A stretch of DNA of 64,000 nt from contig RSEE01000045.1 of NCBI GenBank assembly GCA_003971905.1, positions 310,001 through 374,000 on the forward strand, written 5' to 3'. Below the pieces are notes generated by a model. It ran no database searches and was not told the DNA's origin. It saw nothing but the letters and a program-made list of their open reading frames with translations. Origin of the DNA: Moniliella sp. 'wahieum' (taxonomy: Eukaryota). Shown piece after piece: positions 38,739 to 52,207 of this stretch (position 1 is its first letter; the number at the start of each line of letters is the position of its first letter). The translations under genes and the position numbers were made by a program.

Positions 38739-41304
38739 ATGGAGCGGGTGGCGCTGCGCCTCGAGCAGTCGCTCCCGCAGCTCGAGCAACTCGCCAACGC
38801 GGGTATCTTTTCGCGCGACGAGCTGCGTGCGCTCACCACCCAGCGCTCTGCGCACGAAGCGGCACTCGCTCGTCGGGAAGTGACGTTTGGCGACTACGAA
38901 GCGTACATCAACTTTGAAGACCGTGCGGAGCAACTGCGCGTGTTGCGTACACGCCAGCCCAGTGTCCAAGACAAACTGACGCCTCAGGACGACAAAAAGC
39001 TCAAGAGCGCCTACATTGCCCGCGGGATCAGCATTTTTGAACGTGCTCTCCGGCGCCTCAAGGGATCTGCGCGTTTGGCTTGCGTATGCCGATTGGGCCC
39101 GCAGACATGGAATGAACGTTGTCCTAGGCCGCGTCTTGGGCAGGGCCATCGTCCATCCAAAGCAGCCGTCCCTCTGGATCTTGGCCGCACGCCAAGAACT
39201 CGCCCTCGACCCATGGGGCAAGGAGCCCGCACGCTTTTCCTGCGTGCGTTGAAGGTGAACCAACCCCCTGCAGTTGCTCCCGACGCAGAAGAGCCCCCGC
39301 GGAAGAAGAGCAGACAGTCTAACGGCTTCGTTGCCCGGGACCCGAAACCGCATGAGGGATTACTGTATATCCCCCATGCCCATGTCAGAGACTATATCCA
39401 TCTTGCCCTTGAGTATGTGAGGATGGAAGTGACGATCATCGAGCGCACCCGTCGGCGGTTTACCAAACTCGGGATTGATCTTCAATCGACCCTACCGCCC
39501 CTGCAAAGGGGAGAGCTGCAGCCCGATCAGCAGGGGGCAGGGGATGACGCGGCAGAGCGAGCAGCAGTCAAGATGGCTAACATGCCTGCTACTGAAACCC
39601 CCATTACCGAGGAGCCACTGCTGCTTCCGAAGGAGCTTCTTCAAATGAAGGCCCGAGTGACGACCGGCTCTTGGCCGTTGTACGGCATGCGATCGACAAG
39701 CTGATTCTCCCCCTGCTCCCAAGCGACGCAAGCAAGTTCACATTCCTCGCTGCGGTATATCGTCTTCTCCTTTCGTTCCCCTTTACCGACACGGTGTCTT
39801 CCTGGCAGAGTGGCCAGAAGTTGCGCAACACTATCCTCGGCTTTATCGTGGAAAGATGCCACCTCAAGTTGAAGCAGACTTCCTTAGTGCTGCTAAGGAA
39901 GTAGTGGACCCCACCCCCATTTGGGCTTTGGACCGAAAAATTGCCCAGCATCAAGAGGGGGAAGAGATGGACACGTTTTCCCGTCTCAAAGCAGCCGGGG
40001 AGCTGCGACTTCTCATCTCGGACAGTGAAGTGGGGGACTTGTTCCCCCACGGCCGAAGGTGGCGAAACTTTTTCTCGTCTGAGCGCGATCTTGGCGGGTG
40101 CAGTCAAGGTTCGGAGAGGGCATGACGACACTTCTTTGCCCCCCTCGCTGGTGGCATGGAGTAGGGCGACCTCTACTACTCTCAGCTCGTACCTTGCTGA
40201 GGGGAGAAAAGAGGACGCTCTCTCTTGGCCGAGGGCAATGTCCTCTTCCTCCAAGGAATCCGAGGAGGGGAGTCGACCCAGTTGGGCAAGCTACTGGATG
40301 CGCTTCTAACACAGGCTTACCAGAGCGCCAAAAAGGGAAGATATCTTTCTCCTCGTCTCATCTTTGCCTACTTCAGCTCTCTCCCGCCTGACGACTGGTC
40401 TTCCCGCGCGGAGGCGATCCGCAAGCCTCTTCGTCTGGCTAAGGATTTGACACTCAAGGAGCAAGAGGCGTGGGCTCCGATTTGGGAGCTGTACTTGGAT
40501 GCGCTGGTCCATGCTCACCAAGCAGACCTAGAGAGCAAGGCATCTGATGCCTTGGCCGTGCGGGAACAGCTCTTTAATGAGCACATTTCTGCAACCCAAT
40601 CGACGCCCACCCAACTTGCGGTATGGACCCATGCTATCGCCCTGGCCCGTGGAGGGTTCCAAGTGCGAGACAAAAAGGTGGACAAATGGACCGTCTCTGC
40701 CCTTGAGAAATTGCTCTCCTTATCCCGCAAGGGTGTGAGTGGGAATAGCGACTCATCCCAGGCCGAAGGCAGGCAACTTGTGCACGACCGTCTGCTCGCA
40801 GCCGTGGCTGCCACGCCCACTCAACTGAGTAAGACCCGAAGTGCCAAGTCAACGAGCAAGGTGCGTCAAGCGGTGAGGGGAATGATCCGCTCGGACCCTG
40901 TGGCATCAGCGGCGTTCTGGCTTGCGCATGCCCGATCTGAGTCTGGCCTCTACCGTACTCTTCCCCCCGGAGAGGATAAAGAGGCGGTGCGAACCTATCT
41001 TTCCACGTTGTGGTCGCGACTGCGTAGCTCAACAGCCAGCAGTGCCACACTTTTGATTCCTGCCAGGCTGTTATGGCTGCGTCACCTTCTCTTGGATTTG
41101 AGAGATGGGACAGCAGCATTGGCCGCGTTGGATGTTGCACGTCGAGACGCAGCAACCTTGGATCCTCGTCTGGTGCCCCTCCTTGAATCTGGGTGGCAGC
41201 GCCTGAGTAGCGGTCGCCCCGAGGATGCCGAGGATGAGAATGAGGATGAGGACGACGACGACGACGATGAAGAGGAAAGCGATGAAGAGGAGGAGGAGGA
41301 CTAA
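38739..41304 (+). CDS. UTP6: U3 snoRNA-associated protein 6 (HAT repeats; frameshifted)
   Basis: MERVALRLEQSLPQLEQLANAGIFSRDELRALTTQRSAHEAAL...DYEAYINFE; IFERALRR, VWLAYADWA, PSLWILAA, ARTLFLRALKVN, LEYVRMEV; acidic C-terminus. Confidence 0.88.
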
Positions 41305-42021
41305 AAGACGTGAAGCGATTCCCTGTATTGCATCTCTACATCTTTTCGCACATCTTTCAGGCTGGAACAGGCCAAATCTGCGGTCAGCTAAATAGATACG
41401 CAGTGACTATCCGGTACTAAGTAGCCTCGGCCTCCCTTACCCCTCGGCCATATTGTTGTGCCGTGATGGAACAGAGTACTCTCCGACGAGCAGTCTACAG
41501 GAGAGGTAGCCAGTCGATCGGTTACAAAGAGCGGGAACGACGTGACCGTTATGCGTTGCGAGTGAACTAGCGAAGAGCGGAGCGGTGGTGTGGAGAAACA
41601 GCACACCAACTACAAAAAGGAGGACAGGAAAGGCAGGCGTGCGCGCACCAGCGCGAGCTATGGCATGAACTGGCCTAGTGCCCCTGAGCTGGCACCAGCC
41701 TAGGCATGCTCTCACCCCCACGTAACAATGATATTCCAGTGACCTGCGTTGTTTATACCTGGCCGTAGCTACTAAATAACCACCAACTCCTAAGCAACCA
41801 GGGCTAGTAGCCACCAACTCCTAACCAGCCACATGATCTGTTCCTTTCTGTTTAGACGGCGACTGCGAGTCTGGGGTATAGCGTTTGCGGTTTACACCCT
41901 ACCCGTTAACAAACAGCAAAAGCGAGCAGAAAATGAAGACTCTTTGAAGTGAAAATTGCCCAAGATACTAGCATGGAGACATAGGGGGTGGAGGGGGCCG
42001 GGGAGACATCATTCATGGCAC

Positions 42022-43360
42022 TTAGTAATACACTGTTTGATCGTAACCCTCCTCCGCATACGAAGGATACGGGTACCCATCAATGATCTCTTGCACGACG
42101 TCCGAGTCGAGGGTCTGAGTTTGGTGTTCGGTGACAATGGGCAAAGCGGTGGGCTGAACAAATCGGACATCATACTCGTACAGCACTTCGGACGCCAACT
42201 TTTCTCGTTGGGCCAAGCGGACCTCACTGAGAGCAATCAGGACGTACGTCTGCACTGAAAGCAGGAGTATCCCACCCCACCCAGAACAAGTGGAAGACTC
42301 ACCGTCCGTTCGTACCCGTGCGCGGCGACTTCGTACCACAGACTGTGCAGTGGAGAGTAGACACCGAAAAAGGAAAGACACGCTGCAGGTGGGGTCCAAA
42401 TCTCCATCGCCCGACTGGATGGGGAAGTACAGGATCATCAACGTGTTCCTCTGTGGGTTGGTCTAGACCCGAGGGAGGCGCAAGAATGTAGTACCACACC
42501 GCGCGCAAAACCCAGCGAAGCGCCAGACTTTTTCATTTTGTCAGTATTCCGATACGCGAAATGGGGAAAGAACGTACACGCTCCACCGAAGTGCGGTCTT
42601 AATTCCCAACCAGGCCGCTTTGGAGATAGTAAGCGGTGCTTGGGCTTCCTTGGCGCGTTCCTCCGCCTCGGCCTGGGCGCGGTCGCCAGGCACCAGGCCA
42701 ATTCGCTTGGTATAGGAACGGTAACTCGCCTGGCAGAATAGAGCGTATGCATTCAGCCCCGAAAGGAAGAACAGTCCCAGCATAGCCAGCACAGCAAGCG
42801 TGGAGATGCTCCAAGCAGTCCTGGGAGTGGAAAGGATACGAGGGGTGGTGGAGGTGGTCTGGAAGCGCAAAGTCTGGGCATGGGCATGAGAACGGGCACC
42901 CGCGCCGCGCCGGACAAGCAACAGAAAAAAGGACAAGAGGTGTGCTGCTCCTGCTGCTTTACCTCCAGTCTCGAGCGGGAGCGCTGTGACGTCGGCCCGC
43001 CATTCGGCGGCGGCCTGCAGCAGCGCGTCCCACATTTCCAGAGGGAAGGAGCTGATGCGGTCGTACAGTCCGCGGCGTCGCACCTGCCGACGGAGGGAGC
43101 TGCGGCGACGACGTTGTTTGTCCTTACTCTCCTTGCCCTTGGATGTGGGAGTAGACTTGATGGTCGACATGTCCAGATCAGAACGGAGTGAGTCGTCGTT
43201 GTCGCCAGCCGAGTAAGTGTAGGAAGACAGGCGGCTGCGGCGTGGACCAACATGGGCAAAGGGCACGTTGCGCCGCATCAGTGCAGCGCGGGGCACTGAA
43301 CGCCGACACTTGGCCAAGTGATGCTCGCTGCGACACATACACAGACCCCGAGTCGGCCAT
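42022..43360 (-). CDS. Nuclear rim protein Nur1/Mug154-like (DUF2418) membrane protein
   Basis: RRQVRRRGLYDRISSFPLEMWD, hydrophobic segments, LNAYALF, and C-terminal EKLASEVLYEYDVRFVQP, recalled as typical of DUF2418. Confidence 0.65.
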
Positions 43361-43599
43361 TGTGTTGGAACGGGCGATGGCGAAGACGGCGGTTCGTGAG
43401 AGTCTGGTGTTGGCGTCGGTGTCAACGATGGGCAGGACGGCCGACAGCCTCACGACGTCCGCGTGGGTCACGTGACTATACCCGCTGTCTGTGCTTCGAG
43501 GCGTCAAATTTCAAAGCGCATCAACCACACAAGGTATCGATCGCGTTTGAAAACTGCTGTGGGAGTATACGATGGGTACGCCACTGGTACGCCTGCTCA

Positions 43600-45301
43600 C
43601 TTGAAGGTTGACTTCCAACTGGGGAATTGAAGCTTGAAGCTTGGAGTATCCTTGCACCAAGGTATCCACCACTGTTTTTCGGCCGCCAGGGAGCATATCA
43701 GCTGGCGCCGTAGGCAAAGTATTAGCACCCTCTCTGTACTCCCCTTTTTGATAGTAGCACAGTCAGGTGGGATTCGAATAGAACATGGTATATGCCTAGT
43801 CCCTCGGCACGAAAGGTACACTCGATGCAGCATAATAAGGGAAACTTGGGACAGGGTAGGGGGTACTTGAAGCAGCGTAAGGAGGCACACTCCCTCCAGA
43901 ACGAGGGGGTGGCGGGGGGTAATACATGCCCTGCATCCAAGGGTAGTAAGGGTAATACGGTGGGGGTAAAAGTATGGTGGAATCCCCTCCATAGGGTTAG
44001 GCCCCTCCTCTGTGGTCCCTGTAGGACGAGATGGCGATGGGTAAATTGGGACCTGAGGCGGGGCAGGGGGATCAAACGTTGCTGAGTAGGAGGGGTGGAT
44101 CTCCTCGGGTCTTCCATCACCTGATGGACTTGCTCGAGTAGCGAACCGACCATGCCAATGCTCCGTGTGAGTGCGGTATTGTCTCGATGGCCATGTCTCC
44201 GTTGACCAGGTGGGTGAAGTGACTCTTGCACCTCCGGCTGCTCAACCGAATTGTGAGATACACCAGCATGTGAGGCATGCATTGCAGGGGACGAATTCCT
44301 CCCTTGTTCAGGTAGAAGACTTTCCTCCCGCTGGGCCTTGAATTGGTCGAGAAGAGCCAGAGCGCGATCTATGGCGTCCAACTCCTCATCCTCTTCCGGG
44401 ACAGGGGATGCGCGATAGGTACCCTTGCCGTACGGGCCGGTACTCAATGCGTCCCCAGGGGTAATTGACGGTGAGGGAGGTGTGGATTTTCTCAATTGGG
44501 GGGACTGCACAAGCGACTCGTCGTTTGGTAGGAGAGTGCCTCCTCCCCCCGACGATACAGAGAGAGCAAGCTGTTGCAGCATTTGCGTCAACGCGCCCAC
44601 TTGAGCCGATTGAGCCTGAAACTGATTAGCCAATCGAGCATGAGATTGTCGCAGCTGATCGTTTTCCTCTTTCAGTTCTTTCATGGCCCCAAGCAAATCA
44701 GTCGCATCAGAGGCATTGTCTTCGTCTGGCCGAGAAGAGGGCCAGGCACCGGGGGGTACTTCCGGTTCCTCTTTCCTCACTCCCGGGAGAAGAAGACCCG
44801 AAGAAGACCAAGCGCCTGAAGGAGCGGTAGGTAGAGATGCGGTGGCCGGAGAGGAGGGTGTCGATTTCGGTGTCCCCGTAGGGGAGTATGGCAAGCGGCG
44901 GCTGTGGATCGTAGTCCGGGACACTTCGGGAGCAGACGAGTCCGAGGGCCGAGGACGAAAGCCTTGGGATCTTCTTCCCTTGCCGCGAGCAGGCGGTTGA
45001 GCAGAGCCGTCTTCCTGGGAGGGAGCTACAAGGCTGCGCACCGCCTCTTGCGCAGAGATGGGTGGGAGATCTGGCTGCCACTGGTTGATAGCCTGGGCAG
45101 GAGCATGGCCCGCTAGCAGATGTGCAACAGCGAGAGAGCCTGTGCGCACTGGTGGAAGAGGCGAATTGGCGCGTGGCGACGAGTTGCGGTCAGACACGCC
45201 CATGCCCGTGGCACACCTGCAAGTCCCGTGACTGGGACTGTGGCCAGCGCAGAAAGCAAGATGGTGGTGAGAAGGAACAAGCCCCTGCCAGAACCGCGCA
45301 T
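43600..45301 (-). CDS. Orphan protein with putative signal peptide, coiled coil and Pro/Tyr-rich tail (frameshifted)
   Basis: MRGSGRGLFLLTTILLSALATVPVTG joins the 493-aa ORF 43722-45203 via one frameshift; coiled coil LKEENDQLRQSHARLANQ; 3' end uncertain. Confidence 0.45.
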
Positions 45302-45633
45302 CGCACAGGGGTGGCGGTGCACAGGCGCGGCGCGGCGTGGCGCAGGAGGCACAGGAGGCACCCAGGCAGCAGTTCAGTGTCTATGGATGCAACCCAAAGC
45401 CCCCAGACCTAAAACCTAAGACCTAAGGCCTAGTAGCTAGTAAGTAACTAGTAACTAGTAGCTAGTAACCAGTATGGCCTAGGCCCGAAGGGACGCCACA
45501 GGCGTAGCCTCCAAGATGCACGAAGCTTGAAGCCCCCCGTCCAGGCTGGGCCGCCCTCGTCCACACTATTGACGTGAGGTGTGAGGCCTGAGGATGGGAT
45601 ACAACACTATTGGATCACTAGCCTCTCGTCTTG

Positions 45634-46984
45634 TCATCTCCTTGTGTGGCCAGACTCGGGCATGAGTACTGCGTGGGCATCAAGAGGATGCGCTAAATAG
45701 GGGGTAGGCAACCCTCCATTCGATTCTTGAAAATGTATTTCGAACAATGCGCGGTCGCGGTAAGGGTAGGGAGTGAGGTAGTGGGAGGCTAGATTACGAG
45801 AGGATGAAGTGCTGCACCGAACGATGCTTGTCAATGTGGACGCGCAGCAGCCGCTCAGGTAACGCATGCGGCAACTCGTCCCGGTTCAGGTCGGAAGTTA
45901 CATCCGTTTTTTTGGACCTTGCCGCGAGTGCGAGGTCCGACTTGAGCCACGGTCAGCCTGTCCACCCGAGCCTGGTCCAACAGGGGAGTATGGGGCCAAC
46001 TTGGAGGCCACCCCCGTTGATGTCCACAATTCGTAGATGGGCATGTAGGATGAAAGGAAGTGCATATCCAACTGGTCTTCGGTCGGCGATGCCTGTGATG
46101 ATCCATGCCACCATGCAGATACCAGGTTCCAATCAGGCATGTTGGCGCGCAAAATGTCGTCCTGTTGTAATGCTGTACGCACTCCGACCACGGGCCAGAG
46201 CTGAATTAAAGCGTCAAGATGGGAGCCCCAGCGCTGAGCATACTCTGACACTGCTTCATCCATCTTTTGCAAATGGGCCAGCGAATGCTTGAGGAAGAAA
46301 GGCGAGGTCCCGCCATTGCGCGCTTGTTGACGCGCATGCTCATAGCGCGTCGTCAATAGGTCTCCAAGCGGGGCCAAGCCAAGGCACCATCCCTCCAGTA
46401 GGAACAAATCCAGCTCGCGAGGCCTATTGACATCGTGGCCCACTACCACTCCCGCCTCACAGTGAGGCAAGCATGCAACCTCAGCGGATTGGGTGAATTC
46501 GCGATTGGATGTTTCCGGGTCGGAAGGCCAAAGCGGAGGCTCAGGCTCGCCACGTAGGTTGCACAAAATCCGTTCTCCAAATGCCACATCGTGCGTACCT
46601 GGAACATCGCGGACCCGGAGGAGGGTGTTGGTGGGGTCGCGCCCTGAATTTCTTCCAGCGCCTCATCAGAGAGACGAAGATCGTCGATACCGATCACGGC
46701 GACACGCAGGCCGTAGCCCTCGGAACTGAGTTCTGAGGCAAGGCGGTGGACAACCTGGTGTTTACCTTCTGGATAGTCAGCAGAGTCCGCTACCTACCAA
46801 GACGGGGACGTACCGCTTCCCTGGGGGCCTTGGACGCCGACGATGAGTGGGCGGTCCCGCGCTCGTGCCGGGCGGTTGGCCACTGAGAACAGATGAAGTT
46901 GCGGCACAACTGCCACGTGGCCACTGGCCACATCTCGGCAGCGTCGCGCTCGCGGCCGCGGTTGGGAAAGCGAGGGCGATACAT
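45634..46984 (-). CDS. TDA10: Tda10/D-glycerate-3-kinase-like P-loop kinase (frameshifted)
   Basis: RPLIVGVQGPQGSG-[intron ~46768-46812]-KT Walker A, VIGIDDL, RGPG, FLLEGWCLG, LDALIQL, SYMPIYELW. Confidence 0.7.
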
Positions 46985-47845
46985 GCTCGTGAGAGAGAAA
47001 ACGGCGGTGGAGCAGGCGATTGAGCGGGTGGATCGATAACACGCTGTGTCTCTAGCAAGTTGAATCGTCCCCGCCGCCGGGGCCACAACTGCCACACAAC
47101 ATGCCATGGAGCAGCCAGGGGCCCACACGGCCACAGGCGGAACTCGGGCTGATGTTGCAATTTCAGTGGCTTATTCCGGCCCCGCTGCATAGATAGGTAC
47201 CTGGTTCAACCTGAACGTTCAACCAACCCGCCAGTTCTCTACATCAGCGATGCGACAGATGGCCAAGGGCCGACGACCGATGATAGATCAACGCCAGGCC
47301 AGCTCAAGCACAGATAAATCCAGCCCAACAGGACAGGACCAATCTCCGTCGGCGGCGGGGCCGGCTAACCCTGGCCGTATACTCCCCCGAGAGCCCGTGG
47401 CAGAAAGGGTTGCGGCGCATACCGGTTACCAGCTTCCAGCACTTCTCCCGTATCAGGGCCAGAGGCAGGCCACACAGGAAGCCATCGGTCATCGGACCCA
47501 AACGATCAATAGCATTCAATCTGTTCCTTCACGACCTGGGAAATCTCTATGCCTACCGCGCACATGAGGGTGCCCAAGCCCACAGTTATATATAGTGGAA
47601 ATGGCGCCTCAAGCTCAAGCTTCTCACACGAAAAGGGATACCCAGGCCTCAGGGCATCCGTCAGCCGGTCACGCTCTCTATACGAGGACTGGCATCGACG
47701 GAGCATATGCCGCACACTCAATGCAGTTCCTCCTGAACCATATGTTCCTGAACCGCAACGAGGGAAGGCAATTCTCAATGGGGGTTCCCGTGTTATCGGG
47801 ACTACAGGCGACAACAAAGGGAGTAGGCTTTGCTGTATTCTAACG

Positions 47846-47927
47846 TAGGGTTAGCACCGCAGCGATTTTTGAAAGTGGCGCTGTGCAAATTAATTGCGGT
47901 GATCGTCAGGAAATAACGAAACCCTAA
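47846..47927. promoter_or_regulatory. Telomere-like AACCCTA motifs upstream of RPL12
   Basis: TAGGGTTAG at 47846-47854 and AAACCCTAA at 47919-47927; the same motif occurs upstream of RPS15. Confidence 0.5.
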
Positions 47928-48002
47928 TACCTTCGTGCACCGAGTCGAGTTGCGTGGCTGACGCGTTCAACGTTCATCGTTTCCCACCCACACTTGTTCA
48001 AG

Positions 48003-48567
48003 ATGGCGCCCAAGGCTGACCCCTCGATCCCTGTGACGGTGATCCTGCGTGCGACCGGTGGTGAGGTTGGTGCCTCCTCGGCGCTCGCGCCCAAGATTGG
48101 TCCCCTTGGTCTGGTATGTCCCCCCCCACCCTGTTCTGTCTGCAGCAGGAGCACGACTGACTTTGATTGGAATCACAACAGTCGCCCAAGAAGATTGGTG
48201 AGGACATTGCCAAGGCAACGGGCGAGTGGAAGGGTCTCCGCGTGACGGTTAAGCTGGTTGTGCAGAACCGTCAGGCGGCGGTGTCGGTTGTGCCCTCGGC
48301 CTCTTCGCTTGTCATCCGCGCGCTCAAGGAGCCCCCCCGTGACCGCAAAAAGGAGAAGAACATCAAGCACGGCGGCAACATCCCCTTCGATGAGATTGTC
48401 GAGATTGCGCGCACCATGCGCCCCCGCTCTTTCGCCAAGGACCTCTCGGGTGTTGTGAAGGAGATTCTCGGCACTGCCCAGTCGGTCGGGTGCCGCGTCG
48501 ACCGCCGCCCACCCCACGACATTATCGACGCCATCAACGAGGGCGAGATTGAGGTCCCTCAGAGTAA
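48003..48567 (+). CDS. RPL12: 60S ribosomal protein L12 (uL11)
   Basis: MAPKADP...[48 protein letters not shown]...[15 protein letters not shown]; intron 48114-48181 (GTATGT..CTGAC..CAG). Confidence 0.97.
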
Positions 48568-49588
48568 GCCATTGTGCGTGAGCGGCTCTTTTGGGAGGAT
48601 GCAAGATGGCCTTGTAATGGTTTGCGTCTGGCCCTGTTTTTCTCCTCCATACATGTGCCACTTCATGGCACTGGCACACCGAAAATATATGGCGCATGAC
48701 CATGCGTTGCTTGGTTTTAGCCATCGTAGTGTGAGGGTTACTCAATAGAGATGTGCCCCGGGCACAGTATCGTATCCGTTCGCTTAGTATCGGGATCTCT
48801 TTTGCTTGCAAGATGGGGCGATGAATAAGGTGGGTGCTACAGACAAATTTAGCAGAAAAGTGGCGCGCTCTCTCGACATCATGGCAGACCTGGGATGTGG
48901 CGATTGTAGTCATGGAGATGTTTGTACGTGGACTGGAATAGCCGGCAGTAAATGATGAGCGTAACATGAAGAAGGTTGAACGTTGATAGAGAAAAAGATG
49001 CTGTCCTGCCTTGTGAAGAGTATGTGTCTTGATCTCAGTGCGGATGGGAAGCCTCCGGGGCCTATAGTATGCTCTCAGTTGTATAGGGCAACTGGTGACA
49101 TTTTGCCCGACGAATTTCTGACTAATAACTTTGATGCATGGCCCCTACACACTCCACGTTCAGCAAGCTTTTCCTCATCATGCGCCTCACCATGCTATGC
49201 GTCTGCATATCAAGGCAGTATATCTACGGGCCATTCCAGGTTTGGCAATCATGAAGATACAGACAATCATCGTCTAGCCCGCCATTCATCAAAGAAACAG
49301 TGCCGCTACATGGCACTACGGATGGAACGTGCCACAATCAGACCCTGCAGAAATGAAGTATTGCATGTCTGAACTGCTGTACGAGAGAGACTGCACACCC
49401 CAGTGAAGGCAACACTACTAACGAGAGACTTATGTTTAGCCGAAGGGAGAAAAATTGATTGAAGGCATGCATCAATTGACGTTCTGCATTGCAGAATGAA
49501 CGCAGGTTGACTAGTCGTATGGACAAGTGGGGGCACGAAGGAATTGGCCCAAGAGTCGTGGAAGGTGCGGGGAGAGCGCAAAACGAAA

Positions 49589-52207
49589 TTAGCTCGATCC
49601 CGAGGAGGCTGGGATGGGGTTGGGCAGCCATTGGCCGTTGGGGGCAGGCGCAAATCCATTGACAGGAGGCACTTTGTTGAGCAAAGTGCCCAAGCCCTGC
49701 AGGTTGTTGCCTTCCACTTTGTTGCCCCACCACAAGTTCTCGCCGTTGAACGCGTTGTCGACGGCAAGCAAACGCGTGTTGGGCACCTCGAGACAGAGCG
49801 AGATAAGGAACGACATGATGGCCGCGCCAGCGTCAAAGCCGGCCGAGATAAGGTAGTTGTAGTCCGACCAGAACTCGAAGTAGTGACGACGGAGGAAGTA
49901 CTGGAAGAACCAGCCGACAACGAACCACGAGGTGAAGTTGATACCCGTCGCAGGGGCATCATGCCCGTGCAGCTGAGGAAGACGGGCCAGTTGATGAGGC
50001 GCACCCAGGAGTTGGGGTACTCTTGGCCAGCAGCCAGGTCGGCACAGGAAGCAGAGCACCAATGATGAACATGATGTTCAGTGCACCGTAGGTCTGGCCA
50101 ACAGCGAAGGTACGACCAGGTCCAATCAGACCCCAGATGATACTCGCAGAGTAGAAGGTGTGTTGAGAAGCGCAGACGAAGTGCGCGGGGCTGATCTTCT
50201 CGTTGGGGTTGACACCGCACAGGTTACGCGTCGAGCCAAAGAGGAAGGCAGTGACGGCAACTTGGACGAGACACGCCCAGATGGTCGAGATGACCTGGGC
50301 ATAGAACATGTCGCGCGGGGGGATCTTCATGTAGTGACCCAGCTTGAGGTCACTCACGAACGTGACGGCTTGCGCCATCGAAATGTAGCCAAACGTCTTG
50401 AAAATCATCATGGCAACAGGACGGCCGGGCAGAGCGTAACCCACAATCATCTCAGCGATCACGTTGAGGCCGGGCGTGTTGGAAGTCACAGCAGTAATGA
50501 TTCCAATGGGGATGGTGTAAATCGCACTCATCAGGACGGCAATGATGAAGAGCCAGATGGGCAGATCGGTTTGGTAGCAGTAGATAGCAGGAACAGCCAT
50601 GGCGAAAGAAGCCAAGAAAGTAAGCAAGTACCAGTAGTACGGAACCTCCTTGTAACGAGCCATGAGACGGGCGTGGATGTCGGGCTCCTCCGTAAGAGAG
50701 CGCTTGAACTGGCGAGCAATGTCCTTGCCGTAGTAAAGGCCAACCTGAGTCAGGGTACTGTAACAGTAAAGAGTCAGTCAGTGGTTCAAACTTCATGCAA
50801 CATGAAGGATGCACGTACCTAGTGATCACACCAAAACCGACAGCGTAGGAGATCATGAACGTAGCCGAAAGGTACTCCTTGGAGTAGGTGTTGTACTTCT
50901 CCTCGTCCAACTCGAACCGGTCGTTAACCACATAGTCAACCGAGTATTCGTTGCCAAAGCGGTCGTAAATGCCAGAACTGCTGAACGTGAAGTAACCAGT
51001 GTACCGGGCATTGGTGGCCCAAAGAATGGGGGACACAAAGCCGATGATAACAACGTAGCCAACGAAGGTGTTGACAATGGCAAACCAGGGTTGGTAAATA
51101 GGCGACAGCAGAGCACTGGTAACCTGGAGCCAGTCGAACGAGATGAAGTTGAAGCCAATACCGCCCGAGCCTCCGAAGACAACGTTAACACCCTTGTTGT
51201 TGGGAGCCGCCCAGCAAGGCCAGGAGAAGACGCCGAGACCAGTGAACAAGTAAGTGGGAACGACCTCCCAGACAAACATGATGAGCGCGGCAACAGAGAA
51301 CATCTTGAAACGAGACCATCCACGGAAAGAGCCAACCTTAGCCTTCTCGTGCATCGAGCTCAGGAAGGCAGTTTGAGTCAAGTTCGAGGGCCAGATCATG
51401 GAAGCGGGCCAGACCAGAACTTGACGGCTAAAGCCAGCAAACGAGAACCCAATCATCTGAGTCGAAAGCGTAAGAAGGATCATGTAACCCGCAGAGAGGT
51501 GCTGACGGTAGTACGCGTGCTGCGTGATAAAGATGTCCGTGGAATAAGCCGTGCCGACACCGACAGTCGACATGATAGAGATCATGGTGTGTTCCTTGAT
51601 GTTAAAGGGGCCAGGGTTGACCCAGTCGGCAAGCGGCCAGTTGCGAGGGTAGGGGATTTTGGACATGAACACTCCGATCGGGTATGCAACCAGTTGCACG
51701 GCAATAGGGGGGAAGGTAACGGTAGGCCACTGCACGACAGAGGAATATTAGTTACGCTGAAAGATCATGCAGCCGTGACAACATCATGCAAGGACGTACC
51801 TGGGGAGAGAAATACATGTTGATACCACTCAACACCGTGCAAGCAATCATACCCATGAACCAAGCGCGGAAGGTGTTGGCCCTCATGGTGGGGTCGTCGA
51901 CGTTGCTCACAGCGGCGCGAACTTCAGGGTAGATGGAGTCGTCCTCGATCACATCCTCGAGACGCAGCTCCGCTTTCTGATCGCCCTTGGCCAACGCGCG
52001 GTCAGCTTCACGCAGCAAGGCGGGATCCAAGTTAGGGTCATTGAGGCGGCCATCGGTAATCTCGTGGCGAATGTCCGCCTCGATGCCACCGAAAGCAGCT
52101 TCATGATCGGCCAAGTACTGGGGCTGTTGGCGCTCGAGATCAGGGAGGACAGGCACGTCACTCGCGACGTCCTTGACGTCGTCCTTCTCTGGGTAAGGAC
52201 TAGCCAT
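49589..52207 (-). CDS. OPT-family oligopeptide transporter (frameshifted)
   Basis: DDSIYPEVRAAVSNVDDP, NTFRAWF, NPGPFNIKEH, VWPASMIWP, YKEVPYYWY, DLKLGHYMKIPPR, YNYLISAGFDAG; introns near 51.73-51.80 kb and 50.76-50.82 kb; TATATAAA ~70 bp upstream. Confidence 0.95.

Noticed and set aside
41779..41824. CCACCAACTCCTAA direct repeat x2
   Set aside because: Short local duplication in a convergent intergenic gap with no further structure.
43722..45203. LTR-retrotransposon gag
   Set aside because: No CCHC knuckle, protease/RT/integrase ORF, LTRs or PBS visible.
49544..51822. Long plus-strand ORFs (173, 220 and 337 aa)
   Set aside because: Antisense shadows of the codon-biased OPT gene. The same applies to ORFs opposite the HMG gene, SMC6, RPL12 and RPS15.
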